From assembly GCA_024641785.1 (NCBI GenBank), contig JAHECK010000001.1:82-64081 (forward strand): a stretch of 64,000 bases of DNA. The letters are read 5' to 3'. Positions 10,256 through 20,440 of this stretch are shown here, one piece after another; position 1 is the stretch's first letter; every line of letters starts with the position of its first letter. The notes under the pieces were generated by a model, which was not told where the DNA came from, did no database searches, and saw only the letters and a program-made list of their open reading frames with translations. Made by a program: the position numbers and the translations under genes. The DNA comes from Flavobacteriales bacterium (GTDB lineage: Bacteria > Bacteroidota > Bacteroidia > Flavobacteriales_D > JAHECK01).

Positions 10256-13200
10256 TTGGGAAAAAGGACCAAAATACGCATTGTCATTGCTTCAATTATC
10301 CTGATAATATTGTTCATTGCTCAATATTATGCGAATTCCTTTGCTCAAAAAATAATTCAAAATGAATTAAATACCCTTATAGAGGAACAAAAAGATAATT
10401 ATCAAATCGAAGTAGGAAAAGTTAAGGTGCAATTACTATTAATGCGCTTTTCTATTAATAACATTAAAGTAAAAACACTCGATACAATTCCAATAGAAAG
10501 CGATTATAGTTTTGATGCTGAGATCGATAAAATAGTGGTTAAGATCAAAAGTTACAATAATGTCTTTAATGAGGGATTACTTACTTTGAAATCCATCGAG
10601 CTCGACCATCCAAAAATTAAATTAATTAACAAGCTTAAAACCGACTCGACGCTCATCGTTGGTGCTGATAAATTTGAAAGTGAAAGTCTTCAAAAAATAA
10701 TTCTGGGTACTTTAAAAGTTACAAATGCTGAATTGCATTACTTCGAATCAAAAGAAGAAGATGTGAGGCTTGTCATCTCTACTTTCGATGCCAATCTATT
10801 ACTTACAAATATTGAATTTTCAGTTGATCAACAAGAACTTAAAGACAAAATTATCTTTGATGAGTTCACCTTAAATTCTACTAAGGCAGATTATTTTGAT
10901 TTAAAAGATCATGATTTTACCCTCACTGAATTTCATTATTCAACAAAAGAAAAAGAAATAAAAATTAAAGGATTAAGTCTCAAAAATAAAGAAGATATCA
11001 GTCTTTTTAATTCAAACTTCGTCGAAAATAAAACATGGGAAAATATTCAAGCAGGGGATGTTCATGTGAATATGGATCATGAGCGATTAAAAAATAAAGA
11101 ACTCTTTTTTCAAAAAATCGAAATCGGGAATTTGGATCTTATTTTTTCAAAAAATCAAGGTTCAAAGGACAGTAGTTCTTTTAATGCTTCAGAATTGCTT
11201 TCACAAATAAAAGTCCCATTTGCAATAGATACTTTTAAAATTAAAAATGGAAATGTAGACCTCTCTTTTATAGAAAAAGGAAGCCAGGAAATTGATGATT
11301 ATTCATTCAAAAAACTTTTTATTGAATTCCATTTTTTAAGCAACGACAGTAACTATATTCAAAATAATCCTTCGATTTTAGGCAAAGTTAACAGTACCTT
11401 ATGGGCAAATGGACGATTAGAATCTCATTTCACTTATCACTACAAAACCCTAAAAAATTCGGCCGAAATCCAGTTGACTAATATTCCCCAACGAAAATTA
11501 AAAAAACTTTTTAAAGACAATGACCTGGCAATATATCGATCCGGAATTATTGACTTTTTTCAAATGCAGTATTTTGCTGACAGCACCCATTTTGAAGGTA
11601 TAGTAAAAGCGAATATTAAAAGTTTAAATCTCGATTATAAGCGATTCCCAAAATCTTCATCCCTTGAAAAAATAAGTGTTGATCTTGATAAAATTCATCT
11701 CTCGTCTTCTTTTTATAAGGAAAAAAATAAAACGATGGATCTGCTGATCGATACGCTTATCATTGAATCTCCCAAAATGAACTTTTTAGAAGCTAAAAAG
11801 GGACTTTTAACTCAAATTGATCAGTCTGTTGACAAGCAAAATAAAAACGGGCCTCTTTTAAAAGTGAATTTATTAATTGTGAAAAATGCCTCTCTTTCTT
11901 ATACTAAAGAAAAAGATCAAACTCCTTTTTTAAGTATAGAAAAAGCTTCCCTTACAAATAAGGGATTAAGCTTCGATTTTTCAAATTCTGATAATAATAA
12001 AATGACAAGTCTGGGTAATTACATTATAGATCTAGAAAATTTAAATGTGCTCCAGGAATCTTCCCTCTACCTCACCTTAAACAAAACCACTATTAAAAGT
12101 ATTGATGATAAAATCAAAATAATTGGTCTTCGATATAAAAACAAATCGTCAAAGCAGCACTATCATTCCTCCGCTAAAGAAGGAAATATTTGGAATAGCG
12201 CTTATATTGAAGAAGTGAGTATGACAGCAGATCTTGCTATGCTTTTGAAAAATGAGTTCGTATGTGATAATGTGAAAATTGTCCGGCCTATTCTAACCCA
12301 TATAGAAGCGATTGACCGAAAGGATGATACTCCTGCTAAAAAAGTGAGTGAAGAATTCGACTTTCCAATAAAGATCAAAAATCTAAGCGTGATCGATGCT
12401 GATGTTGATTTTAGAATAAAAACAAAAGAAGTTAAAGAATTTGAAGTTTTTGATCTCACAAACCTTAATGGAAGTATAAAAAATATTGTTTTAAATGCGA
12501 AGATTGATGAAAAAAGCCAAATGGTAGGTAGCTTCACTTCTTCTTTCTATGAAATGGCTAGACTTAATATTGAGATTCAAATGGAACAAGGAGTAAAAAA
12601 TCCTAAAATTTATTTAAAAGGAGATGCTTCAACTATTTCACTTCTTACTTTAAAGAATAAACTTTCCCTTATTAAAGAATTAAATTATTCTGATGGGAAA
12701 ATTGAAAAACTAAACTTTGATCTAATTAATTTTAAAAATAAAATAAGTGGTGATTTTTCATTTGATAAAGTAAATATTAATGATCTATTGCTAAGCGATG
12801 ATAAAAATGGTGATTATCTAAAATTGAATTTAGATGAACTTAAACTCTCTTTTTACAAAGAAAAAGAAGGGAAACTACATATCACTGAGGCTATTGTTAG
12901 AAAACCTGAAGTTGATATTCATTCAATAATAAAAACAAAGAGCAAAGGGTCTTCAACTCAAGTGCGAAAAGATTTATTTGCTGATGAAAAACTTTTTGAT
13001 CCTATTACTCATATTGATAAAATAAAAATAATCGATGGGAAAATTGAAGAATTTAGTGGTATTGGCACTGATAAGCATTTATTTTCTATTGATAACATAA
13101 ATCTAAACGGGAAAAATGCAATTATGTATGACAGCACTAATACTACGCTTCCCATTTCAATAAATGGCTTAGATTTTACCATGAAGGATATAAAGGTTCA

Positions 13201-14257
13201 TTCCTTCCCATTATATGATTTGACGATAGAAAGCTTTGAAATGAATACGTCAACTCAAAGGGCCTATTTAAAGAATTTAGATTTTAAAAATAAAAAAACA
13301 CATCAGGCATTTTTCAATGATCTTGAATATAGAAAAGCCTGGACGCAAGTTATTGTTCCTTCAATGGAATTAGATATTGGACTTAATGAGTTTTTCGCTA
13401 TTCATCCCAAAATAAAAAGAATTATTATCGATAAAGCTTATTTTAAAAGCTTAGGAGATCTTGCACTTCCTGTATCAAACAAAGAAAAACCATTTCCAAA
13501 TCGACTTCTGGCAATGAGTTCTTTTCCAATCACTGTCGATTCAATTCTAATTAAAAATAGTCAGATGGATATTGAATTTATTGATGAAGGAAATAAATAT
13601 GGATTACTTCAATTTAACAAGGTCAATGCTAGCGTAAGCAACTTAACTACCGACAAAAAAGCCATTGAGAAAAATGATGAAATGAAATGGGTAATGGATG
13701 CTTCATTATGGGAAAGTGGAAACTTTCATGCCGAAGTGACTTATAAACTCGGGTCAAAAAATGATGCGTTTTCAATGTTTGGAAGTATGGATAATTTTGA
13801 TCTGATCGAATCTGAAAAACTAACCAAGGGACTTTATGCGATAAGTGTAAACTCAGGTTATTTATACCATTCAACTTTTAAAATACAAGGCGACAATGAT
13901 CAGGCAAGTGGTTCTGTTAGCTTCGATTATGACGAGTTACGGGTTAATCTTGATAAGAAAAAGAAAAACATCAAAAGCCCGGAAGAATTAAAAAGAATTA
14001 AAAGAAAAGATAAACTAAATGAATCCTTTGTTAAAAACGTAATTGTGAATGGCCTATTAAGCAAAGACAATATGCCGGAAAATAGAAACTATATCCCAAG
14101 GGCCGAAGCTTCCTATGACCGTGAAAAAAATAAATCTATTTTTCATCTGATGTGGTATACGATCAGTAGTGGTCTTATCGAAATTGTTGAAGCTGGTATG
14201 GTAAAGGATATTAAGAATCTAAATGAATTCTTTAAAAAGAAAAAGAAAGAAGAGTAA
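10256..14257 (+). CDS. giant membrane-anchored AsmA/DUF748-like protein
   Basis: 1333 aa with one N-terminal TM (IVIASIILIILFIAQYY), then beta-rich, K/N/I-rich sequence. It has recurring ...IKNGNVDLSF..., VKNASLSY, VIDADVDF, IKNSQMDIEF strand motifs of the kind seen in AsmA/TamB/DUF748 proteins. No in-frame ATG near the start, so a TTG start is inferred. Confidence 0.45.
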   Translation: MGKRTKIRIVIASIILIILFIAQYYANSFAQKIIQNELNTLIEEQKDNYQIEVGKVKVQLLLMRFSINNIKVKTLDTIPIESDYSFDAEIDKIVVKIKSYNNVFNEGLLTLKSIELDHPKIKLINKLKTDSTLIVGADKFESESLQKIILGTLKVTNAELHYFESKEEDVRLVISTFDANLLLTNIEFSVDQQELKDKIIFDEFTLNSTKADYFDLKDHDFTLTEFHYSTKEKEIKIKGLSLKNKEDISLFNSNFVENKTWENIQAGDVHVNMDHERLKNKELFFQKIEIGNLDLIFSKNQGSKDSSSFNASELLSQIKVPFAIDTFKIKNGNVDLSFIEKGSQEIDDYSFKKLFIEFHFLSNDSNYIQNNPSILGKVNSTLWANGRLESHFTYHYKTLKNSAEIQLTNIPQRKLKKLFKDNDLAIYRSGIIDFFQMQYFADSTHFEGIVKANIKSLNLDYKRFPKSSSLEKISVDLDKIHLSSSFYKEKNKTMDLLIDTLIIESPKMNFLEAKKGLLTQIDQSVDKQNKNGPLLKVNLLIVKNASLSYTKEKDQTPFLSIEKASLTNKGLSFDFSNSDNNKMTSLGNYIIDLENLNVLQESSLYLTLNKTTIKSIDDKIKIIGLRYKNKSSKQHYHSSAKEGNIWNSAYIEEVSMTADLAMLLKNEFVCDNVKIVRPILTHIEAIDRKDDTPAKKVSEEFDFPIKIKNLSVIDADVDFRIKTKEVKEFEVFDLTNLNGSIKNIVLNAKIDEKSQMVGSFTSSFYEMARLNIEIQMEQGVKNPKIYLKGDASTISLLTLKNKLSLIKELNYSDGKIEKLNFDLINFKNKISGDFSFDKVNINDLLLSDDKNGDYLKLNLDELKLSFYKEKEGKLHITEAIVRKPEVDIHSIIKTKSKGSSTQVRKDLFADEKLFDPITHIDKIKIIDGKIEEFSGIGTDKHLFSIDNINLNGKNAIMYDSTNTTLPISINGLDFTMKDIKVHSFPLYDLTIESFEMNTSTQRAYLKNLDFKNKKTHQAFFNDLEYRKAWTQVIVPSMELDIGLNEFFAIHPKIKRIIIDKAYFKSLGDLALPVSNKEKPFPNRLLAMSSFPITVDSILIKNSQMDIEFIDEGNKYGLLQFNKVNASVSNLTTDKKAIEKNDEMKWVMDASLWESGNFHAEVTYKLGSKNDAFSMFGSMDNFDLIESEKLTKGLYAISVNSGYLYHSTFKIQGDNDQASGSVSFDYDELRVNLDKKKKNIKSPEELKRIKRKDKLNESFVKNVIVNGLLSKDNMPENRNYIPRAEASYDREKNKSIFHLMWYTISSGLIEIVEAGMVKDIKNLNEFFKKKKKEE

Positions 14258-14331
14258 AACATGAGCATTTTATTCGGTTTATTTTTAATTCATTGTCTAT
14301 CATCATTACCTTTAAATATAATTTCACATCG

Positions 14332-14901
14332 ATGAAAATCACCTTCTTTATAATTCTTTTCTCCTTTTCCCTATTCTCTAATGCAAATGCCCAGAAAGAT
14401 CTTGACTACTTTATAGGTCAAAAAAAAGATACTACGTTTTGCAGTAATCTAAAATATGCTACCAATACTTGGGGAGATATCAATTATCTGAATTACAACA
14501 GCCTTCAGGGAGATCCTGTTGTTTATAAAAGTAAAAAAACAATCTCCCTTATTTCGACTTTACATATTGATGGGAAAACGATCGATCGGATTCCCCTAAA
14601 ACCAAATTCTAAAAGGGAAATAAGATATGCTGAAAGAACCGTTGATGGTTCTTTAAAAGTCTACTTGATTCATCAAGATAATAGTTATAGCAGCGATGCT
14701 ACTGTGATGTATATTTTTTACCTCCGTTTGCCCGATAACAACTACTATAAAATAAATGATAAAGGGAATATGAATTCCATCATTATCCCATACTTAAAAA
14801 AATGTGAAAAATTCGTTTCCGTTTTTAATGGGGATTATAGTAACAAAGAAGAGGCATTTATTGAAATGATTCAACTTTATAATTCGCTCTGCCCCGAGTA
14901 A
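14332..14901 (+). CDS. secreted hypothetical protein
   Basis: ATG at 14332 gives the signal peptide MKITFFIILFSFSLFSNANAQ. No recognisable domain. Confidence 0.55.
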   Translation: MKITFFIILFSFSLFSNANAQKDLDYFIGQKKDTTFCSNLKYATNTWGDINYLNYNSLQGDPVVYKSKKTISLISTLHIDGKTIDRIPLKPNSKREIRYAERTVDGSLKVYLIHQDNSYSSDATVMYIFYLRLPDNNYYKINDKGNMNSIIIPYLKKCEKFVSVFNGDYSNKEEAFIEMIQLYNSLCPE

Positions 14902-15765
14902 TTATTTTCCGAAAAAATCGGCTAATTGTCCTTTTTCTTTTAATCTCACCCCTTTCTCCGTGTTTTCAAGTGTGCAACATTCACTCTCGAAATCATGCTC
15001 CAGAAATAAAATGTACTCCTTATCTGCCGCTTCCTTTAAAAAAGTTTCCTTCTCCTCTATAGTAATTAAAGGTCTAGTATCATAACCCATAACATAAGGT
15101 AGTGGAATATGACCGGTAGAAGGAAGCAGATCGGCCATAAAAACAATCTTTTTTCCTTGATAATTGATCATCGGAAGCATCTGACTTTCTGTATGACCAT
15201 CGACAAACTGTACATCAAAAAGATTTTCCCAGGATACACGACTTTGAACTCGCTGGATCATATTCAACTGACCTGATTCTTGAATAGGTATAATATTTTC
15301 TTTTAAAAAAGAAGCTTTTTCTCTCGGATTAGGCTCTGTAGCCCATTTCCAATGCAGATCATTACTCCAGAATTTAGCATTTTTAAATGCGGGTTCCAGT
15401 GTGGTTTTGTCCTTATTCCAAGAGATCGCACCCCCACAATGATCGAAATGAAGATGGGTCAAAAATACATCCGTGATATCGTCTCTATGGAATCCTAATT
15501 TTGCCAATTCCCCATCTAAACTAGCGTCTCCAAACAAATAATAATAACCAAAAAACTTTTCCGATTGCTTATTTCCCATACCAGTATCGACTAAAATAAG
15601 TCTATTCCCATCCTCAATCAACAAGCACCTCATCGCCCAAGAACACATGTTGTTCTCATCGGCAGGATTTGATCTTTGCCAAATAGACTTAGGTACAACC
15701 CCAAACATGGCACCTCCATCAAGTTTAAAATTTCCGGTTTGTATTGGATATAATTTCATCTTCAC
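14902..15765 (-). CDS. MBL-fold metallo-hydrolase
   Basis: HxHxDH motif THLHFDHCGG, with downstream His/Asp ligands. Confidence 0.8.
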   Translation of the reverse strand: MKMKLYPIQTGNFKLDGGAMFGVVPKSIWQRSNPADENNMCSWAMRCLLIEDGNRLILVDTGMGNKQSEKFFGYYYLFGDASLDGELAKLGFHRDDITDVFLTHLHFDHCGGAISWNKDKTTLEPAFKNAKFWSNDLHWKWATEPNPREKASFLKENIIPIQESGQLNMIQRVQSRVSWENLFDVQFVDGHTESQMLPMINYQGKKIVFMADLLPSTGHIPLPYVMGYDTRPLITIEEKETFLKEAADKEYILFLEHDFESECCTLENTEKGVRLKEKGQLADFFGK

Positions 15766-15779
15766 CTTTTTTTAAGATA

Positions 15780-15787
15780 CAAAGCTA
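15780..15787 (-). promoter_or_regulatory. Bacteroidota -7 promoter box TAGCTTTG (minus strand)
   Basis: Plus strand reads CAAAGCTA. There are 14 nt between the box and the start codon at 15765. Confidence 0.4.
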
Positions 15788-15837
15788 AAATATGTATCAA
15801 AGTTCATATAATTTGCTGCTAAGATAGAGGTATTACG

Positions 15838-15845
15838 TATTTTTG
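15838..15845 (+). promoter_or_regulatory. Bacteroidota -7 promoter box TATTTTTG
   Basis: Exact TAnnTTTG, 30 nt upstream of the mpl ATG. Confidence 0.45.
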
Positions 15846-15875
15846 TTACATAAACATTCTTGATCTAAAATATAC

Positions 15876-17249
15876 ATGCATTATCACTTTATTGCAATCG
15901 GAGGAGCAGCAATGCACAATTTGGCCATGGCTCTTCATGACAATGGTCAAAAAGTAACAGGATCCGATGATAAAGTTTTTGATCCTTCACGAAGTCGACT
16001 AAAATCAAAAGGGCTTTTGCCTGAAAAAGATGGTTGGTTTCCCGAAAAGATCACTAAAAAAATTGATGCTATCGTTCTAGGAATGCATGCCAAATTAGAT
16101 AATCCTGAATTAGTTAAAGCGCAAAAACTAGGTTTAAAGATCTTTTCTTATCCGGAATTAATTTATGAAATGTCGAAAGACAAAACACGGGTGGTCATTG
16201 GTGGTAGCCATGGTAAAACAACCATTACTTCAATGATCCTTCATGTATTGCATTTTTATAAAAAAGATTTCGATTACATGGTAGGTGCCCAGTTAGAAGG
16301 ATTTGATAATATGGTTCGCTTATCTACCGCACCACTGATTATTTTAGAAGGGGATGAATACTTAGCATCTCCACTTGATCTTCGCCCAAAATTTCATATC
16401 TACAAACCACAAATTGCCTTAATAAGTGGAATTGCCTGGGATCATATCAATGTTTTTCCGTCTAAAGAAGAATATGAGCTTCAATTCAAAATCTTTTGTG
16501 AATTGATGGAAGATGTAGGGACACTTGTTTATAATGAAACCGATCCGACCGTTAAGAAAATAGCCCTAAGTGAAAGCAAAAGGCTCTTTTTATTGCCTTA
16601 TTTTTATACTGATTATGAGTTTAAAAATGGATCGACACTTATTAATTTTAATGGACGAGAATTCGAATTAAATATTTTTGGAAAGCACAATCTTCTAAAT
16701 ATGGAAGGTGCGCGGAAAGTTTGCCGCAGATTAGGAATCAATAATAGAATGTTTTTTCATGCAATGAAAAGTTTCGAAGGAGCTTCGAATCGTATGGAAG
16801 TTTTCCATGAGTCTAAAAGAGGTGTCGTTTACAGAGATTTTGCACATGCCCCTTCTAAACTAGAAGCAACTGTTGAAGCGGTTAAAAACAATCATAGTAG
16901 TGAGCCTTTGGTCGCTGTTTTCGAATTACATACTTATAGCTCCCTTAATCCGGAGTTTTTACCCGAGTATAAAAATACCATGGATGTAGCAGATGTTCCA
17001 ATTGTTTTCTTCAATCCTGAAACACTAAAGCATAAAAACTTGCCACCTTTAAATGAAAAGAAAGTCGCGAAGCATTTTGGCTTGGAGAAAAAAATGAAAG
17101 TCTTTACAGATCCGAAAAAACTAGATACATTTTTACGGGAAATTGAGTTTAAAAAATTCAATCTCTTGATGATGAGCTCCGGCACTTTCGACGGTTTGGA
17201 TCTTGATGCTTTGGTAGCAGACTTATTTCCTGATAAAAAGGGGAAGTAA
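15876..17249 (+). CDS. mpl: UDP-N-acetylmuramate:L-Ala-gamma-D-Glu-meso-DAP ligase (murein peptide ligase)
   Basis: N-terminus MHYHFIAIGGAAMHNLAMAL..G..VTGSD is typical of Mpl. Mur-ligase P-loop GGSHGKTTITSM. Length (457 aa) fits. Confidence 0.8.
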   Translation: MHYHFIAIGGAAMHNLAMALHDNGQKVTGSDDKVFDPSRSRLKSKGLLPEKDGWFPEKITKKIDAIVLGMHAKLDNPELVKAQKLGLKIFSYPELIYEMSKDKTRVVIGGSHGKTTITSMILHVLHFYKKDFDYMVGAQLEGFDNMVRLSTAPLIILEGDEYLASPLDLRPKFHIYKPQIALISGIAWDHINVFPSKEEYELQFKIFCELMEDVGTLVYNETDPTVKKIALSESKRLFLLPYFYTDYEFKNGSTLINFNGREFELNIFGKHNLLNMEGARKVCRRLGINNRMFFHAMKSFEGASNRMEVFHESKRGVVYRDFAHAPSKLEATVEAVKNNHSSEPLVAVFELHTYSSLNPEFLPEYKNTMDVADVPIVFFNPETLKHKNLPPLNEKKVAKHFGLEKKMKVFTDPKKLDTFLREIEFKKFNLLMMSSGTFDGLDLDALVADLFPDKKGK

Positions 17250-17768
17250 TTTCATTCTGATCACTACCATTATCAGTGAATAGATCAAACCAACAACCAT
17301 GATCGCCATTAATGTGAGCGTGGCTTGAGAAAATGGTGATAAAAAAGAGCCGGCTTTTTCCAATTCTCCTTTGATAAACTCTTCTTTTGATATTCCCAAT
17401 ACTTTCATTGGATTATCTTCATCAGGCATGCTTTCATAATCAGTATGTTCAATTTCATACTGAAAAACATCTAATTTTCGTTGAGCAAAACCTGAGTCTA
17501 TATAGGAATAATAGACAAATGTAAAAGCTGTTAAAACGATGGCATAACTACTCACCGCTCGCATGGCAACTTTCATTTCATCAGGAAATTCAACCTTTTC
17601 ATTTTCTGAAAGAAAGTTCTTATACATCGCTGCAGCAATGCAAAGAATAATAAAAAGAAGGTTTATTGCTACAAGGTATTTATATTGGTCATCATCGAAT
17701 CCTGTGTAAAACAACAGGATTCTAATGACCATATACAATACTGCAAATAGGATTGCAGGATACTTCAT
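17223..17768 (-). CDS. DUF4199-like four-TM membrane protein
   Basis: Four hydrophobic segments with a central charged loop. The overall layout resembles Bacteroidota DUF4199. Lies 11 nt downstream of rho on the same strand. Confidence 0.5.
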   Translation of the reverse strand: MKYPAILFAVLYMVIRILLFYTGFDDDQYKYLVAINLLFIILCIAAAMYKNFLSENEKVEFPDEMKVAMRAVSSYAIVLTAFTFVYYSYIDSGFAQRKLDVFQYEIEHTDYESMPDEDNPMKVLGISKEEFIKGELEKAGSFLSPFSQATLTLMAIMVVGLIYSLIMVVIRMKLLPLFIRK

Positions 17769-17779
17769 TAAACTAAAAA

Positions 17780-19651
17780 TTAACCGTTCATCGAAATAAG
17801 GAATTCCTCATTCGATTTCGTTTGTGCTAATCGATTCTTAATAAACTCAACCGCTTCTATTGAATTCATATCCGCAAGATGTTTTCTTAAGATCCAAATT
17901 CGTTGAAGGGTGTCTTTATCTAATAATAGATCTTCACGACGAGTTCCCGAAGTCATAATATCAATAGCAGGGAAAATTCTTCTGTTAGAGATTTTACGAT
18001 CGAGTTGTAATTCCATATTACCCGTTCCTTTAAATTCTTCAAAGATCACTTCATCCATTTTAGAACCTGTATCTGTTAATGCAGTTGCTAAAATTGATAA
18101 GGAACCTCCATTTTCAATTTTACGAGCTGCTCCGAAAAATCCTTTTGGTTTTTGTAGGGCATTTGCATCTACTCCACCTGTAAGTACTTTACCTGATGCC
18201 GGAGCAACAGTATTATACGCTCTGGCTAATCTTGTTATAGAATCGAGTAGAATTACTACATCGTGTCCACATTCGACCATTCTCTTGGCTTTTTCAAGAA
18301 CGATATTCGCAATCTTAACATGCTGTGAAGCCGGCTCATCAAATGTAGAAGCAACCACCTCAGCACGAACAGATCGCTTCATATCAGTTACCTCCTCCGG
18401 ACGCTCATCTATAAGAAGTATAATCAAATATACTTCCGGATGATTTGCTGCTATTGCGTTTGCTACGTCCTTTAATAAAACGGTTTTACCAGTTTTAGGC
18501 TGTGCAACGATCAATCCACGCTGTCCTTTTCCAATAGGTGAAAATAAATCGATGATTCGGGTTGAAATATTTTTATTATTTCCGGATAAATTAAATTTCT
18601 CTTCAGGAAATAAGGGAGTCAAATATTTAAAAGGTACTCGGTCACGAACCCATTCAGGTTCTCTACCATTGATCTTTTCAACTTTTATTAAAGGGAAATA
18701 TTTTTCTCCCGGTTTTGGTGGGCGAACATTTCCTTTTATAGTATCTCCGGTCTTTAATCCGAATAATTTTATCTGCGCTTGTGAAACATAAACATCATCC
18801 GGTGAGGATAGATAATTATAATCCGAGGAACGTAAAAATCCATAACCGTCTTGCATGATCTCTAATACTCCTTCATGGCTTATTAATCCGTCAAAATCAA
18901 AACCATAATCCCATTTATTGTCAGCATCTGGTGCCGGACGACCGACTGCATTTGCATCAGCCGATTGAGGTTTACGCTCTCTTCTATCATTTCTTTCAGG
19001 ACGTTGAGGAGCTCTTGCCTCTCTAGGAGGATTTTCAATTTCTCCGCCTTCCTTAGCAACTATTTCTTTACGCGCTCCTCCTGCCTTATCCTCGTTTTTA
19101 TGACGAGGTGCATTCCGATGCACTGGTCTTGGATTTGGACCTTCTTTTTTCTCTTCCTCTTTAACTTCTGAACTCTTCGCAAGAGGAGTTTCAGTTTTGC
19201 CTTTTTCAACTTCTACTCTTGGACGAGGTCGATGAACAGGCCGAGGAGCTTGAGTTGCTTGTTTTGTTTCAACCGCTTTACTATCAGTTTTAATATTTTG
19301 GCTTGAAACACTTTCCGTTTTTTCAGGACTTGTTTCCGCCTTTACCTCTTTAGGTTTATTTTTTTCTACAGATGAAGAAGTAGAATCTCCTTTCGGATAA
19401 CTTTTTCTTTCATCTTGAACAGTTCTTGGCCGTCGCGGTCTGTTTGGTCTTTCGGTAACACTTGTGTTTTCTGCCTTTACAGCCGGAGTTGCTGGTTTTA
19501 CCACTTTAACAGGACTAATTGCCTGCTCATCTAATATGCGGTAAATAAGATCTTGTTTTTTAAATGAATCGGGATGCTTAATTTGCATCTCCTTAGCGAT
19601 TTCACGCAATTGAGCTACTTTTTTACTGCTCAACTCTAAAATATCGTACAT
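17780..19651 (-). CDS. rho: transcription termination factor Rho with long N-terminal insertion
   Basis: N-terminal helix bundle ([22 protein letters not shown]). RNA-binding OB motif GYGFLRS. Walker A AQPKTGKT. The C-terminal RecA fold is conserved throughout. About 200 aa of P/R/K/E/T/S-rich insertion sit between them. Confidence 0.95.
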   Translation of the reverse strand: MYDILELSSKKVAQLREIAKEMQIKHPDSFKKQDLIYRILDEQAISPVKVVKPATPAVKAENTSVTERPNRPRRPRTVQDERKSYPKGDSTSSSVEKNKPKEVKAETSPEKTESVSSQNIKTDSKAVETKQATQAPRPVHRPRPRVEVEKGKTETPLAKSSEVKEEEKKEGPNPRPVHRNAPRHKNEDKAGGARKEIVAKEGGEIENPPREARAPQRPERNDRRERKPQSADANAVGRPAPDADNKWDYGFDFDGLISHEGVLEIMQDGYGFLRSSDYNYLSSPDDVYVSQAQIKLFGLKTGDTIKGNVRPPKPGEKYFPLIKVEKINGREPEWVRDRVPFKYLTPLFPEEKFNLSGNNKNISTRIIDLFSPIGKGQRGLIVAQPKTGKTVLLKDVANAIAANHPEVYLIILLIDERPEEVTDMKRSVRAEVVASTFDEPASQHVKIANIVLEKAKRMVECGHDVVILLDSITRLARAYNTVAPASGKVLTGGVDANALQKPKGFFGAARKIENGGSLSILATALTDTGSKMDEVIFEEFKGTGNMELQLDRKISNRRIFPAIDIMTSGTRREDLLLDKDTLQRIWILRKHLADMNSIEAVEFIKNRLAQTKSNEEFLISMNG

Positions 19652-19882
19652 GTAATATGGAAATTATATTGATCAATTTGTTTGAAAAGAATTATTCATT
19701 TGGAAATGGCTTTGAATGCCAATTGAGAATTCTATTGCAAGTATACGCTTTTTATTAATTCGCAAACTTGTTTTATAAATTATTATTCGAATAATTTGAA
19801 TTAAAGTTACCTTTTTCAAATTATATAAAAGCTTCTTATAGAAAATAATTACTCCAACTTAAGCAATAATTTTCACAAAAGT

Positions 19883-19890
19883 TATCTTTG
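19883..19890 (+). promoter_or_regulatory. Bacteroidota -7 promoter box TATCTTTG
   Basis: Exact TAnnTTTG, 14 nt upstream of the ATG at 19905. Confidence 0.45.
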
Positions 19891-19904
19891 TTAAAAAACT
19901 GATA

Positions 19905-20384
19905 ATGATTCAACGCGTTCAAACTATCTACTTATTATTCGTTGCAATACTAAGTGCATTAATCTATTTATTCGATATTGCTTTTTTTAAACTGGGAAAC
20001 GAAATAGTTTACCGCTATTCTATATACAAGATCATTCCTGAAGATGGAAGCGATGTGATCGTCCCCGGAAACTGGATGATGCAAGCTATATTGATTACAA
20101 TAATCATTGCTATTTCAATTTTCAGTATTTCAAGATTTAAACACCGTAAGCTTCAACTAAAACTAGGTATGATCAATTACCTATTGCTAGTAGCATTGAT
20201 CTTGAACTTTTATTTCAGTATTGAAAATACACTCCCGATTCTATTAGAAAATGGTGCTGAACTTAAGCCGGTCTATTATATCGGATTCTACCTTCCTATC
20301 GCTGCAGTGAGTTTTCAGTTTTTAGCAAATAGAGGGATTAAAAAAGATGAGGAATTGGTTAAATCTGTTGATCGCTTGCGCTAA
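19905..20384 (+). CDS. DUF4293-like membrane protein
   Basis: Starts MIQRVQTIYLLFVAIL and has four TM segments. This family is commonly found beside rho in Bacteroidota (from memory). Confidence 0.6.
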   Translation: MIQRVQTIYLLFVAILSALIYLFDIAFFKLGNEIVYRYSIYKIIPEDGSDVIVPGNWMMQAILITIIIAISIFSISRFKHRKLQLKLGMINYLLLVALILNFYFSIENTLPILLENGAELKPVYYIGFYLPIAAVSFQFLANRGIKKDEELVKSVDRLR

Positions 20385-20440
20385 AAGTTTTTTTTCTGCC
20401 TTCTGCAATTAATTCTTACCGCTCTTGCAAGAAAACAAAC

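Noticed and set aside
12202-12537. Antisense or overlapping ORFs inside large genes: this one, plus 13647..13874, 4457..4685, 6293..6843, 7791..8294, 39260..39514, 40332..40595, 47211..47495, 54646..54828, 55479..55757 and 60008..60322.
   Set aside because: All are embedded in longer ORFs that carry recognisable domains. They have biased shadow-frame composition and no independent signals.
17910-18443. 177-aa ORF antisense to rho, plus 18552..18791 and 18965..19171.
   Set aside because: These lie entirely inside the strongly conserved rho reading frame on the opposite strand. Their composition is low-complexity S/R/I-rich, typical of shadow ORFs. There is no promoter box or independent support.
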